DNA of 15,942 bases from Verrucomicrobiales bacterium (GCA_046075565.1 JBJTQJ010000077.1:1-15942); one strand, 5' to 3'; shown: positions 6,880 to 15,792, counted from the first letter of the stretch. Made by a program: numbers and translations. The notes: a model not told the origin generated them from the sequence alone.

Positions 6880-8418
6880 ATGAAGATTGAACGTGCCTTG
6901 TTGTCGGTCTCCGATAAGACCGGTCTTGAAGATTTCTCCCGCCGCCTCGTCGCGCTCGGGGTCGAGTTGCTCTCCACCGGGGGCACGGCAAAATTCCTGC
7001 GCGAGCTGGGATTGCCCGTGATTGATGTTTCCGATTACACCGGCGCACCGGAATTGTTCGACGGGCGGGTGAAGACGCTGCATCCCAAAGTCCATGGTGG
7101 CTTTCTCTACCAACGCGAGAATGAAACCCACCGTGCCCAAGCGAAGGCGAACAACATCCCGCCCATCGATCTGGTGGTGGTGAATCTCTATCCCTTCGAG
7201 CAGACCATCGCGCGCGAGGGTGTGACCATGGAGGAGGCGATCGAGAATATCGACATCGGCGGACCCGCCATGCTGAGGGGAGCGTCGAAAAATCACCAAT
7301 CCGTAACCGTGGTGACGGATCCCGCCGACTACGCCACCGTAATCGAGGAAATGGAAACCAATGGCGGCGAGACCTCGCTCAAAACGCGCGAGCAACTGGC
7401 CATCAAGGTTTTCCAGCGCACCGCCGCCTATGATCAGGCCATCGCCGGTTTCCTCTCCGGTGGCACGCCGTCGGTGGATGAGTATAATCTGAAAGCACCG
7501 CTCTACGCCCAACTCCGCTATGGCGACAACCCGCACCAGGCCGCGCGTCTCTACGGGAATTTCGGCGATTACTTCGAGCAGCTCCAAGGCAAGGACCTTT
7601 CCTACACCAATGTGCTCGATGTGGAAGCCGCCGCAGAATTGATCAGCGAGTTTCGCAAACCGACACTCGCCATCCTGAAGCACTTGAACCCCTGTGGCGT
7701 GGGCAGCGATGACGACGATCTCCGCGCCGCGTGGCAAAAAGCCTTCGAAACGGATCGCCAGGCGCCATTCGGAGGGGTCATTGTTTGCAACCGTCCGATG
7801 ACGGAAGCCGTGGCCCGGGTGATTTCGGAAATCTTCACCGATGTGATCATCGCGCCAGACTTCGAAACCGAGGCCCGGGCCATCTTGCAGAAGAAGAAAA
7901 ACCTCCGACTCATCCGTATGGGCGGCAATTACGGGGAAGCCCAGAAGGCACCCATCCTGCGCTCCGCGCCCGGCGGATTCATGGTCATGGATCGCGACGC
8001 CCGTTGTATGGGATTGCAGGACATCGAGGAAAAAGTCGTGACCAAACGACCGCCGACCGCCGATGAAATCGAGGCCATGCGCTTCGCCTGGCGCGTCGCC
8101 AAACACGTGCGTTCGAATGCCATTCTTTTCGCGGCCAAGGATCGCACTCTCGGCATCGGGGCCGGGCAGATGTCCCGAGTGGATTCCAGCCGCATCGCGG
8201 TGTGGAAGGCTCAGGAAGCCGGGCTCTCGCTCAAGGGCAGTGTCGTGGCCTCCGACGGGCTTTTCCCATTCGCCGATGGATTGATTGCCGCCGCCGAAGC
8301 CGGGGCCACCGCTGCGATACAGCCGGGCGGATCGATCCGCGACGAGGAAGTGATCGCCGCTGCCAACGAACGCGGCCTCGCCATGGTCATGACCGGCTAC
8401 CGCCACTTCTTGCATTGA
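6880..8418 (+). CDS. purH: Bifunctional AICAR transformylase / IMP cyclohydrolase
   Basis: [74 protein letters not shown]. Confidence 0.99.
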   Translation: MKIERALLSVSDKTGLEDFSRRLVALGVELLSTGGTAKFLRELGLPVIDVSDYTGAPELFDGRVKTLHPKVHGGFLYQRENETHRAQAKANNIPPIDLVVVNLYPFEQTIAREGVTMEEAIENIDIGGPAMLRGASKNHQSVTVVTDPADYATVIEEMETNGGETSLKTREQLAIKVFQRTAAYDQAIAGFLSGGTPSVDEYNLKAPLYAQLRYGDNPHQAARLYGNFGDYFEQLQGKDLSYTNVLDVEAAAELISEFRKPTLAILKHLNPCGVGSDDDDLRAAWQKAFETDRQAPFGGVIVCNRPMTEAVARVISEIFTDVIIAPDFETEARAILQKKKNLRLIRMGGNYGEAQKAPILRSAPGGFMVMDRDARCMGLQDIEEKVVTKRPPTADEIEAMRFAWRVAKHVRSNAILFAAKDRTLGIGAGQMSRVDSSRIAVWKAQEAGLSLKGSVVASDGLFPFADGLIAAAEAGATAAIQPGGSIRDEEVIAAANERGLAMVMTGYRHFLH

Positions 8419-8423
8419 GACAG

Positions 8424-8448
8424 GCGGGGGTTGCGAAAGGCTCCCCGC
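8424..8448 (+). terminator. GC-rich hairpin after purH (weak terminator or mRNA-stabilising stem)
   Basis: GCGGGG (8424-8429) pairs with CCCCGC (8443-8448); the U-tract that follows is poor. Confidence 0.3.
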
Positions 8449-8485
8449 GCTTGCTTCCGGGCCGCGCCCGCGCTTCATTCACTTC

Positions 8486-9781
8486 ATGAAAATCATCCGG
8501 TATTCCGATGCTGATTACGCCGAGGCCATTGCGGCCATGGACCGGCGCGCATACCCGTCCGACAAGCTCCGCGACACCGTCGCCGAAATCCTTTTCACCG
8601 TGCGCACTGGTGGTGACAATGCCTTGCTCTCGTATGTGGAAAAGTTCGATCGCGCCGTGCTCACTCCGCAGCAACTCCGGGTGAGCGAAGAAGAATTTGC
8701 CGCCGCTGCTGCCGCCGCTGATGAGGACCTCAAGACCGCTGTCGCCGCCAGCATCACGAATGTGCGTTCCTTTGCCCGCAAGGGCCTTCGTCAGGGATGG
8801 AAAGGCACGAACACCGAAGGTGCCGAGGTCGGCGAGGTTTATCATCCGCTGTCGCGCGTCGGCATCTATGTGCCCGGCGGCACTGCACCGCTCGTTTCGA
8901 CCGCCCTCATGACCGTCCCCATCGCCGCGGAAGCCGGTGTGCCGGAGATCGTCGTTACCACACCTTGTGGAGCGGATGGCACGGTCAATCCGGCCTTGCT
9001 TTATGCCTTGCGCGAAGCCGGTGTGGCCGAAGTCTATAAACTCGGCGGTGCGCAGGCCATTGCCGCTCTCGCCTTTGGCACTGAAAGTATTCGCCCGGTG
9101 GAAAAAGTTTATGGCCCGGGAAATAGCTACGTCGTCGAGGCCAAACGCCAGGTCTTCGGGGCGGTCGGAGTGGACCTTCTACCCGGTCCCAGCGAAGTGC
9201 TCGTTCTTGCCGATGCCAGTGCCCGGGCCGATTGGATCGCCGCCGACCTGCTCGCCCAAGCCGAACACGGCAAGGACAGCCAGATCGTTTTTGTGACCGA
9301 CAACCCGGCGATGTTGGATGCGGTTATTTCCGAGGTTGAGAATCAAGCCGCCGCTCTCAGCCGTCAGGGGCCCTTGCGCTCCGTTCTCGATGCCGGCACG
9401 TGGTGTGTGCTCGAACGTTCGCTCGACGAGGCCGTCCGGCTCGTCAACGCCTACGCCCCCGAGCACTTGTCGCTGGTGGTCGCCGATGCGGACTCCGTTC
9501 TTCCGGAAATCCGCACTGCCGGAGCCATTTATGTCGGTGCTTGGTCGCCGGTCGCCGTGGGCGATTTCCTGGCCGGACCCAGTCACGAACTACCCACCGG
9601 GGGCGCGGGCAAGGCATTTCCGGGCCTTACCACCGACATGTTCCAGCGCCGCACCAGCGTGGTCCGCTATGATGCCGCAAGTATCAAAGCCGCCGCGCCC
9701 ATTGTCGCCACCTTCGCCCGCGTGGAGGGACTCGATGCCCACGGGAATTCCGTCTCCGTTCGGGCCAAAGAAGCACCCTGA
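8486..9781 (+). CDS. hisD: Histidinol dehydrogenase
   Basis: VGIYVPGG, GGAQAIAALAFGT, GPGNSYV, GPSEV, LLAQAEH, APEHL, GDFLAGPSHELPT and EGLDAH; zinc-binding and catalytic motifs intact. Confidence 0.98.
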   Translation: MKIIRYSDADYAEAIAAMDRRAYPSDKLRDTVAEILFTVRTGGDNALLSYVEKFDRAVLTPQQLRVSEEEFAAAAAAADEDLKTAVAASITNVRSFARKGLRQGWKGTNTEGAEVGEVYHPLSRVGIYVPGGTAPLVSTALMTVPIAAEAGVPEIVVTTPCGADGTVNPALLYALREAGVAEVYKLGGAQAIAALAFGTESIRPVEKVYGPGNSYVVEAKRQVFGAVGVDLLPGPSEVLVLADASARADWIAADLLAQAEHGKDSQIVFVTDNPAMLDAVISEVENQAAALSRQGPLRSVLDAGTWCVLERSLDEAVRLVNAYAPEHLSLVVADADSVLPEIRTAGAIYVGAWSPVAVGDFLAGPSHELPTGGAGKAFPGLTTDMFQRRTSVVRYDAASIKAAAPIVATFARVEGLDAHGNSVSVRAKEAP

Positions 9782-9795
9782 GATAAAATCCAACC

Positions 9796-9824
9796 TTGCC
9801 ACCCGCTGGCCTTGAGGCCACACT
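9796..9824 (+). promoter_or_regulatory. Putative sigma70 promoter giving a leaderless transcript
   Basis: TTGCCA, 17-nt spacer, CACACT; 7 nt before ATG 9832. Confidence 0.5.
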
Positions 9825-9831
9825 CTGCACC

Positions 9832-10215
9832 ATGAGACCAATGATTGCCATCGCCCTCGGCACCATCTCGCTCGCCTTAGCCGCCTGCGATACGAAATCA
9901 CCCGGCTCAGGCAAAAGCGAAACTTCGCCTGCCGCACCCGTTGCTGGTGACGAGACGGGAGACCTCGGATTGGGCCGTGACTGGGTCAAGACCATGCTCG
10001 AGGAAAACGATGCCACCCTCGTGCGGATGCAGGAAGATCTCGCCCGCCTCCGCCGGGAACTCGATCGCGTCGAAGCCTCGCCCGCCCAGGATCGCATGGA
10101 CGACATCAAAAAAGGCATGGTCGAGATCCTTGATCGTCAGGAAAGCGAATTGCGCAAGCTCAACGACCAAGCCGAAGAGATGCGCAAGGTCATGGCCGCC
10201 GAACCCCGGGGATAG
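9832..10215 (+). CDS. Hypothetical lipoprotein with C-terminal coiled coil
   Basis: MRPMIAIALGTISLALAA|C lipobox, S/P/G-rich tether, then a charged heptad-like helix (MQEDLARLRRELDRV...ELRKLNDQAEEMRKV). Confidence 0.8.
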   Translation: MRPMIAIALGTISLALAACDTKSPGSGKSETSPAAPVAGDETGDLGLGRDWVKTMLEENDATLVRMQEDLARLRRELDRVEASPAQDRMDDIKKGMVEILDRQESELRKLNDQAEEMRKVMAAEPRG

Positions 10216-10216
10216 A

Positions 10217-10792
10217 ATGAGCAATCTCAGAGCCGGGGAATACCGCAAAGCCAGCAAATCGCCGTGGTGCGAGGTGCGTGGATCCGATATTCACGGGCGA
10301 GGCGTCTTTGCCACCCGCGATATCCCGAAGGGCAAGCCCATCATCGAATACGTCGGTGAAGTCATCACCAAACGCGAAGCCGGCAAACGCGGCCGCGCCC
10401 TCCTGGAGGAATCTCGCACCACTGGAGGAGCGTCCGTTTATATATTCATCCTCGACGGCCGCCACGACCTCGATGGGAATTTTCCCTGGAATGAAGCGCG
10501 GCTCATCAACCACTCATGCGAGCCAAATTGCGAAACCGAAATCGACGAGGAGCGCCGCATCTGGGTGACCGCCCTGCACGACATCAAGAAAGGCGATGAA
10601 CTCTTCTTCGATTACAATTTCGATCTCGAAAGTTTCGAGGACCACCCCTGCCGCTGTGGTTCTCCCGAGTGCGTCGGCTATATCGTCGGCCAAGATTACT
10701 GGGAAAAATTAAAACGCCTGATCGCCCGACGGGAGAAAGCCCGCCTCACCGAAGCCGAAAAGGCGAATTCGGCAATAACGGGCGCCTTGTGA
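10217..10792 (+). CDS. SET domain protein-lysine methyltransferase with post-SET motif
   Basis: IHGRGVFA, IIEYVGE, ARLINHSCEPNC, ELFFDY and post-SET CRCGSPECVG. ATG 10217 lies 1 nt after the lipoprotein stop; the upstream extension in the ORF track overlaps the lipoprotein gene. Confidence 0.95.
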   Translation: MSNLRAGEYRKASKSPWCEVRGSDIHGRGVFATRDIPKGKPIIEYVGEVITKREAGKRGRALLEESRTTGGASVYIFILDGRHDLDGNFPWNEARLINHSCEPNCETEIDEERRIWVTALHDIKKGDELFFDYNFDLESFEDHPCRCGSPECVGYIVGQDYWEKLKRLIARREKARLTEAEKANSAITGAL

Positions 10793-10849
10793 GGAAAAGT
10801 GTGAGACATGCGGGCTAGCCTCGGTCTTTGGCAACCGCCCCGTCTTTCC

Positions 10850-10960
10850 CTGGGAACGCCGACGTCCCCGTCGGCCTGCGTTGGAGATGCAGATTTTCGC
10901 CTGTGCTGCCTTCTCCATGGTCGCTCCCAATCCTGCCGACGAAAGCATCGGTGTTCCCGG
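10850..10960. repeat. Inverted REP-like doublet (REPIN-like)
   Basis: 10850-10875 CTGGGAACGCCGACGTCCCCGTCGGC matches the reverse complement of 10935-10960 at 19/26 positions; each unit is internally palindromic. Confidence 0.7.
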
Positions 10961-10994
10961 CAGGCGCGCAACCCCGTAACTCCCTGCCTTTCCT

Positions 10995-11022
10995 TCGACA
11001 AGAGGCGAGGCGCTGCTATGTT
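10995..11022 (+). promoter_or_regulatory. Putative promoter of the protease operon
   Basis: TCGACA, 16-nt spacer, TATGTT with an extended -10 TG at 11014-11015. Confidence 0.4.
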
Positions 11023-11105
11023 CTCCACGCCCGCGTTTCCGTGGGTAATTTCCCGGTAGTTTCCTAGATGATGAGCCTCCCTCACAACGCTTTCTTTTCA
11101 CACAC

Positions 11106-12650
11106 ATGAGTCCACATCCTTCCCGCGCCGCATTTCTGGCGGCCACCCTGGTTTTCTCCACCGTTCTTCCCGCGTTCGCTGCCCCTGCCGCTTCCGGCGA
11201 AAAAAAATCTTCGGAGGATGCCCCGGAAAACACGATTTATCAGAGCGTGCTCCGCATTGAAGCGGCAGCCCAGCAGTTCGACTACCGCTCCCCCTGGAAT
11301 AGCGGACGTTATGGCGGCGGTAGCGGCACCGGCTTTGTTGTCGGCGAAAACCGCATCCTCACCAATGCCCACGTTGTGAGCAACAGCCGACGCCTGATCA
11401 TCCGCAAACACGGTGACCCGGCCGTTTACAGCGCCCGTCTGCTCCACATCGCCCACGATTGCGACCTTGCCCTGCTCGAACTGGAAGACCCGAAGGTCCT
11501 CGACGGAGTCACTCGGCTCGGTTTCGGCGAAGTGCCCGCCCTCGAGAGTGAAGTGCGCGTGATTGGTTATCCGGTCGGTGGCGAGCGACTTTCCGTAACC
11601 CGCGGTGTGGTTTCCCGGATCGATTTCAGCACCTACAGTCACAGCGGGGTGGACCAGCATTTGGTCGTGCAAATTGACGCCGCGATCAATCCGGGCAACA
11701 GCGGCGGCCCCGTCTTGCAGGGCGAAAAAGTCGTCGGTGTCGCTTTCCAGGGTCTCCTGCAGGCCGACAACACCGGCTACATGATTCCCACGCCGGTCGT
11801 GAAGCGTTTCCTCAAGGATGTCGAAGACGGAAAGTATGATCACTATGTTGACCTCGGCTTCACCGACTTCGAGGTGGTCAACCAAGCCCAGCGTGCCGCC
11901 CTCGGACTGCCCGATGATGACCGCGGCATTCTCGTCGCGAATGTCGCGCCCGGTGGCTCCGTTGATGGCAAACTGCAAAAGGGCGATATCGTGATGGCCC
12001 TTGATGACCATCCTGTGTTCTCCAATGGCCAGGTCAAAATCGATGGGCAAATGGTGAACATGCACGAAGTGGTCGAGCGCAAATACTCCGGCGACAAGGT
12101 CGTGATCGATTTCCTCCGCGAGGGCAAAAAAAACCGTGTCGAAGCCACGCTCGCGCAGTTCGCGCCCGCGCGGATTTTTGCCACCGAATACGAAACCCGC
12201 CCGACCTATGCTGTCTTCGGCGGTCTGGTCTTCCAGCCTTTCTCGCGCAACTTGCTCGCTGCCTACGGCTTCGATTCTCTCGAAGTCCGTCACCTGCTGG
12301 AGCGTTACACCGCCGACGCGCTCTACCAGGATCGCGACGACGTCATTATGCTGACGCAGGTGCTGCCGGATACCGTCAATACCGAACTTGCGTCCCTCGG
12401 TGGACTCATCGTGGAGGAAATCAATGGCAAGAAGGTCGGCTCGATGAAAGATATCATGGACTTGCTGTTGACCCCCTTGGAAAAAAGCGAGCTGCCCGAA
12501 TTTATCGTCATCCGCTGCCGCGGAACCGAGCGTCCTCTCGTGCTCGATGGTGCTGCCATGAAGGAAGCCCAGGCCCGTATTCGTTCGAAATACGGACTGA
12601 GCCGTGACTCCTTACTCGAAGGCCGCGTCGGCGAAGGGCTCAACTGGTGA
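11106..12650 (+). CDS. Secreted HtrA/Deg-family serine protease (trypsin domain plus two PDZ-like domains, plant Deg2/Deg9-like), catalytically intact
   Basis: Signal peptide ...LPAFA, GSGTGF, His in LTNAHVV, Asp in DCDLALL, Ser in INPGNSGGP, a PDZ domain (LQKGDIVMALD), and a second PDZ-like region (PTYAVFGGLVFQP...EEINGKKV). Confidence 0.95.
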   Translation: MSPHPSRAAFLAATLVFSTVLPAFAAPAASGEKKSSEDAPENTIYQSVLRIEAAAQQFDYRSPWNSGRYGGGSGTGFVVGENRILTNAHVVSNSRRLIIRKHGDPAVYSARLLHIAHDCDLALLELEDPKVLDGVTRLGFGEVPALESEVRVIGYPVGGERLSVTRGVVSRIDFSTYSHSGVDQHLVVQIDAAINPGNSGGPVLQGEKVVGVAFQGLLQADNTGYMIPTPVVKRFLKDVEDGKYDHYVDLGFTDFEVVNQAQRAALGLPDDDRGILVANVAPGGSVDGKLQKGDIVMALDDHPVFSNGQVKIDGQMVNMHEVVERKYSGDKVVIDFLREGKKNRVEATLAQFAPARIFATEYETRPTYAVFGGLVFQPFSRNLLAAYGFDSLEVRHLLERYTADALYQDRDDVIMLTQVLPDTVNTELASLGGLIVEEINGKKVGSMKDIMDLLLTPLEKSELPEFIVIRCRGTERPLVLDGAAMKEAQARIRSKYGLSRDSLLEGRVGEGLNW

Positions 12651-12691
12651 CCACGCAAGCAGCATCCCATTCCACTCCACTTTCTTTTGCC

Positions 12692-14164
12692 ATGAAATCA
12701 TTTTTTCTCCTGCTCGCTGTCGCCATCGCCACGCCGCTCCCGTCCGCAGTGGCTTCGCCATCTTCGCCCTCTGATTCACTGGTCTACGTGATGACGACTT
12801 CGCAACGCCCGCGCTTCACCCAACCGTGGGAAAAAAGCCCGCCCGTGCGCAAACGCGGACTCGGGATCGTGCTGGAAAACCGTCGTGTGCTTGTGACGGC
12901 GGAACTCGTCTCCGATGCCACGTTCGTGGAATTCGAGCGCCCGTCCAACGGCGAAAAACAAACCGCCCGCGTCGTCGCCCGCGACTATGAATCGAACCTC
13001 GCCCTGCTTGAAGGCACTGACAAGGATGGTGCGTTCCTCGGCGGCATGAAACCGGTGGCTCTTGATGGCCCTGCCCGCGCCGGTGATGCGCTTGATGTCT
13101 GGCAACTCGAAGATGACGGTAGCCCGGTCGTGACATCCGGCACCCTCGCCCGCGTCGAAACCGGCGCCTATTTCGTGCCCGACCGTAGTTTCTTGCGTTA
13201 CGAGTTCAAGGGTTCGCTCCAGAACAAAGCCGGTAGTTTCATCATCCCTGCGGTGCGACAGGGCAAACTCACCGGACTCCTGCTCGGCTACAATGCCAAC
13301 GACCAGCTCGCTGATATCCTGCCCGCTCCGATCATCCGGCGTTTCCTCGACGATCTCGCGGATGGTGATTACACCGGCTTCCCGGTGCTCGGTATCCGGG
13401 TGGCCCGCACCACCGACCCGCAGCTTCGCCGCTGGCTCAAGCTGGCCGATGATGCCAACGGCGTCTTCGTCGGCAAGGTGGAAAAAGCGAGCTCGGCCGA
13501 CAAAGCGGGTATCAAAACCGGCGATGTGTTGCTTTCCCTCGATGGCCACGCCCTCGACCGGCGCGGCTATTATGAGGATCCCGAATTCGGCACCCTGAAC
13601 TTCGGGCACATTGTCAATGGCCGCCATCGCGTCGGCGACACCATCACCGCCGTGGTCTGGCGGGATGCCGCGAAAGTGGAGATTCCTGTCAAACTCGAGC
13701 GCCGGAATGCCGAGGATTATCTGGTGGATCCATGGGTCTTCGATCGCGCGCCCCGGTATGTGGTCGTGGGTGGTCTCGTCTTCGCCGAACTCAGCCGCCC
13801 CTATCTCCAGTCCTTCAAGGAGTGGGAAAAGAACGCCCCGGTCGTGCTGCGCCATGCCGAATCGAATCAGGACGAATACGCGGAGGGCCGCCGGAAACTC
13901 GTTGTCCTCTGCTATGCCATCCCCACCGACGCCAACATCGGCTACGAACGCGTCAGCTCGCGCATCATCAAAGAAGTGAACGGCAAACCCATCGGCTGCA
14001 TCCGCGATCTCCATCAGGCGCTCATGAAACCCGTCGAAGGACGCCACGCCTTTACCACGACCGCACCCGAGGATCCCGTTTTCTATCTGGATGCCGCCCT
14101 CGCCGAGGAAGTGGATCAGCGTCTCATGCGCGCCGGACTCGCGCCGCTTTCCCGCATCGACTGA
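12692..14164 (+). CDS. Secreted HtrA/Deg paralog with degenerate catalytic triad (probable pseudoprotease)
   Basis: Colinear with the upstream protease, but with LVTAELV (His to Glu), ESNLALL (Asp to Asn) and KAGSFIIP in place of GNSGGP. PDZ regions retained (IKTGDVLLSLDG, PRYVVVGGLVF, KEVNGKPI). Signal peptide from ATG 12692; GTG 12647 is an alternative start. Confidence 0.88.
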   Translation: MKSFFLLLAVAIATPLPSAVASPSSPSDSLVYVMTTSQRPRFTQPWEKSPPVRKRGLGIVLENRRVLVTAELVSDATFVEFERPSNGEKQTARVVARDYESNLALLEGTDKDGAFLGGMKPVALDGPARAGDALDVWQLEDDGSPVVTSGTLARVETGAYFVPDRSFLRYEFKGSLQNKAGSFIIPAVRQGKLTGLLLGYNANDQLADILPAPIIRRFLDDLADGDYTGFPVLGIRVARTTDPQLRRWLKLADDANGVFVGKVEKASSADKAGIKTGDVLLSLDGHALDRRGYYEDPEFGTLNFGHIVNGRHRVGDTITAVVWRDAAKVEIPVKLERRNAEDYLVDPWVFDRAPRYVVVGGLVFAELSRPYLQSFKEWEKNAPVVLRHAESNQDEYAEGRRKLVVLCYAIPTDANIGYERVSSRIIKEVNGKPIGCIRDLHQALMKPVEGRHAFTTTAPEDPVFYLDAALAEEVDQRLMRAGLAPLSRID

Positions 14165-14187
14165 GGTGGGCATTCTCCCGCTTTCCC

Positions 14188-14865
14188 ATGGCTTCGACGT
14201 CCGAACCACCGGCCCTCCAGGCCGTGCTCTTTGATCTCGATGGCGTGCTCATCGACTCGCACGAACAACACGAACGCGCATGGGAGCTCTGGGCCGCCGA
14301 ACTCGGCCGCTCATTACCCGAAGGATTCTTCAAACGCAGCTTCGGCATGCGCAACGAGACCATCATCCCGGATTTGCTCGGATGGGCGAAGGAGCCTGAA
14401 GAAATCGCGCGCTTCAGTTTTCGGAAAGAGGAACTCTATCGCTGCGAGCTCAAAGAGCGCGGACTCTCTCCTTTGCCGGGTGTCATTGCCTTGTTAGAAG
14501 GGCTTAGCGCCCTCGGCATTCCCCGGGCGGTGGCTTCGTCCACCCCGAGAGAGAATCTCGATGCGGTGATGTCGATGACCGGTCTCGGTCCTTGGTTTCA
14601 CGCCATCATCACGGGCAGTGATGTGAGCCGGGGCAAACCCCATCCCGAGGTCTTCCTCAAGGCCGCCGCCGCTGTTTCGGCCGATCCGAAATTTTGCGTC
14701 GTGATCGAGGATGCTTTTGTCGGTATCGATGCCGGCCTTGCCGCAGGCTGCCGTGTGCTTGGTGTTGGCACCACCCACCCCGTGGAATCCCTGGTCAAAG
14801 CCCATCGTGCGGTTCCCGACCTTACCGCCATCACCGCCGTTGATCTCGTGGAGATGCTGGCGTGA
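14188..14865 (+). CDS. HAD-superfamily phosphatase (subfamily IA, beta-phosphoglucomutase/CbbY-like)
   Basis: Motif I FDLDGVLIDS, motif II VASS, motif III GKPHPEVF, motif IV VIEDAFVGIDAG; start set to ATG 14188. Confidence 0.93.
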   Translation: MASTSEPPALQAVLFDLDGVLIDSHEQHERAWELWAAELGRSLPEGFFKRSFGMRNETIIPDLLGWAKEPEEIARFSFRKEELYRCELKERGLSPLPGVIALLEGLSALGIPRAVASSTPRENLDAVMSMTGLGPWFHAIITGSDVSRGKPHPEVFLKAAAAVSADPKFCVVIEDAFVGIDAGLAAGCRVLGVGTTHPVESLVKAHRAVPDLTAITAVDLVEMLA

Positions 14866-14872
14866 AGCAGGA

Positions 14873-15733
14873 TCAGGGTTTGGCCAAGCGGAAGAACCTT
14901 GTCGGAGGGGAGAGAGGCAATACCACGCGTTTGAACTCGCCGTCATCCACCGGGGGCAAGACCACCGGCGTCCAACTGCCCGGTTGGAGTGTATTACTCT
15001 GCTGGAGGTTGAAACCCAGGGACAGAGATGGCCATTTCAGTTCAACCTCGCTGGTCGGCAGGGTATTGATTTCGAGTGTTTGTTCGGTCGTGAATTTCAG
15101 GGTGGCGGTGGTCGAAACTTCCTGGCCGCCTTGGCGCGCATGAATGCCAATATCGATTTCGTAATCCCCGCGGGCGGTGAAGGCGAAATTGTAGTGGGTG
15201 TGCCCGCCTTCAAGAATGTAGAGGCTGTCGCTGGTGTTCGAAGGTGCGACGCCGTCCGACGATGCCATCCACACGCGCGGCACACCACTCACGACGGTGT
15301 AAACGGAAAACTGGCCCGGCCCGCGCCAGCCATTGAGGCGCACTTGCAACCACTTCTGGGAGGTATTCACGTTACGGGCCGGATCACCCGGATTCCATGT
15401 TTGAAAGGCGTTGAGTGTTGCATGTTCGGCACCGAAGCCGAGATACAGCAGTTTGGGATTCTGGCCGGCTGGCAAGCGGTAGAAGGGTTCTCCCGCCGCG
15501 ACACCGATGAAGTCCCATGACGAGGACGCCGGGCGCAGGGCGACCCCCGCCACTGGATCCACGTAACCCTTTGCAGCGGTGACGGGATAGAACGCATTCG
15601 CATCGGAGTTATACCAGCGCGCTTCGAGATTGCTCCCATTGGCGAGGGAGATATCGACATGCTGGGTGGTGAGCAACGGCCCGGCCGAAAGCTGGCAAGC
15701 CGGAAGAAGCCAAATGAAAAGGAGTTCGCGCAT
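14873..15733 (-). CDS. Secreted choice-of-anchor M (TIGR03769-like) domain protein with a Verrucomicrobia-type C-terminal domain
   Basis: Signal peptide, QHVDI, LPAGQNPKLLYLGFG, GPGQFSVY, GHTHYNFAFTARGDYEI, then a tail LKWPS...FNLQQSNTL...WTPV...RFFRL. Confidence 0.8.
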   Translation of the reverse strand: MRELLFIWLLPACQLSAGPLLTTQHVDISLANGSNLEARWYNSDANAFYPVTAAKGYVDPVAGVALRPASSSWDFIGVAAGEPFYRLPAGQNPKLLYLGFGAEHATLNAFQTWNPGDPARNVNTSQKWLQVRLNGWRGPGQFSVYTVVSGVPRVWMASSDGVAPSNTSDSLYILEGGHTHYNFAFTARGDYEIDIGIHARQGGQEVSTTATLKFTTEQTLEINTLPTSEVELKWPSLSLGFNLQQSNTLQPGSWTPVVLPPVDDGEFKRVVLPLSPPTRFFRLAKP

Positions 15734-15752
15734 TCCTCACCCGAAAGATGTT

Positions 15753-15792
15753 GATCGCGTGGGGCAGGCCCATGTTCCTTCCCCACGCGATC
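15753..15792. other. Intercistronic hairpin with a perfect 12-bp stem
   Basis: GATCGCGTGGGG (15753-15764) pairs with CCCCACGCGATC (15781-15792). Confidence 0.8.

Noticed and set aside
6865..8478. 537-aa antisense ORF over purH
   Set aside because: Codon-for-codon antisense frame kept open by codon bias; purH is unambiguous.
8699..8719. GCC/GCT trinucleotide run giving seven alanines in HisD
   Set aside because: Mixed codons, in frame, in a variable helical region; no sign of a contingency repeat.
9941..10216. 92-aa N-terminal extension of the SET ORF in the track
   Set aside because: It overlaps the lipoprotein gene in another frame; SET similarity starts after ATG 10217.
12692..14164. Calling the second Deg gene a pseudogene
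   Set aside because: The ORF is full-length with a signal peptide and conserved PDZ motifs; only the catalytic residues are altered.
13732..14187. 152-aa N-terminal extension of the HAD ORF, suggesting a fusion or frameshift
   Set aside because: Arg/Pro-rich off-frame translation of the upstream gene; HAD motif I follows ATG 14188 at a normal distance.
11082..14209. Long antisense ORFs 11082-12293 and 12776-14209
   Set aside because: Shadow frames of the two Deg-family genes.
14711..15520. 269-aa plus-strand ORF
   Set aside because: Antisense to the choice-of-anchor M gene and overlapping the HAD gene; no motifs.
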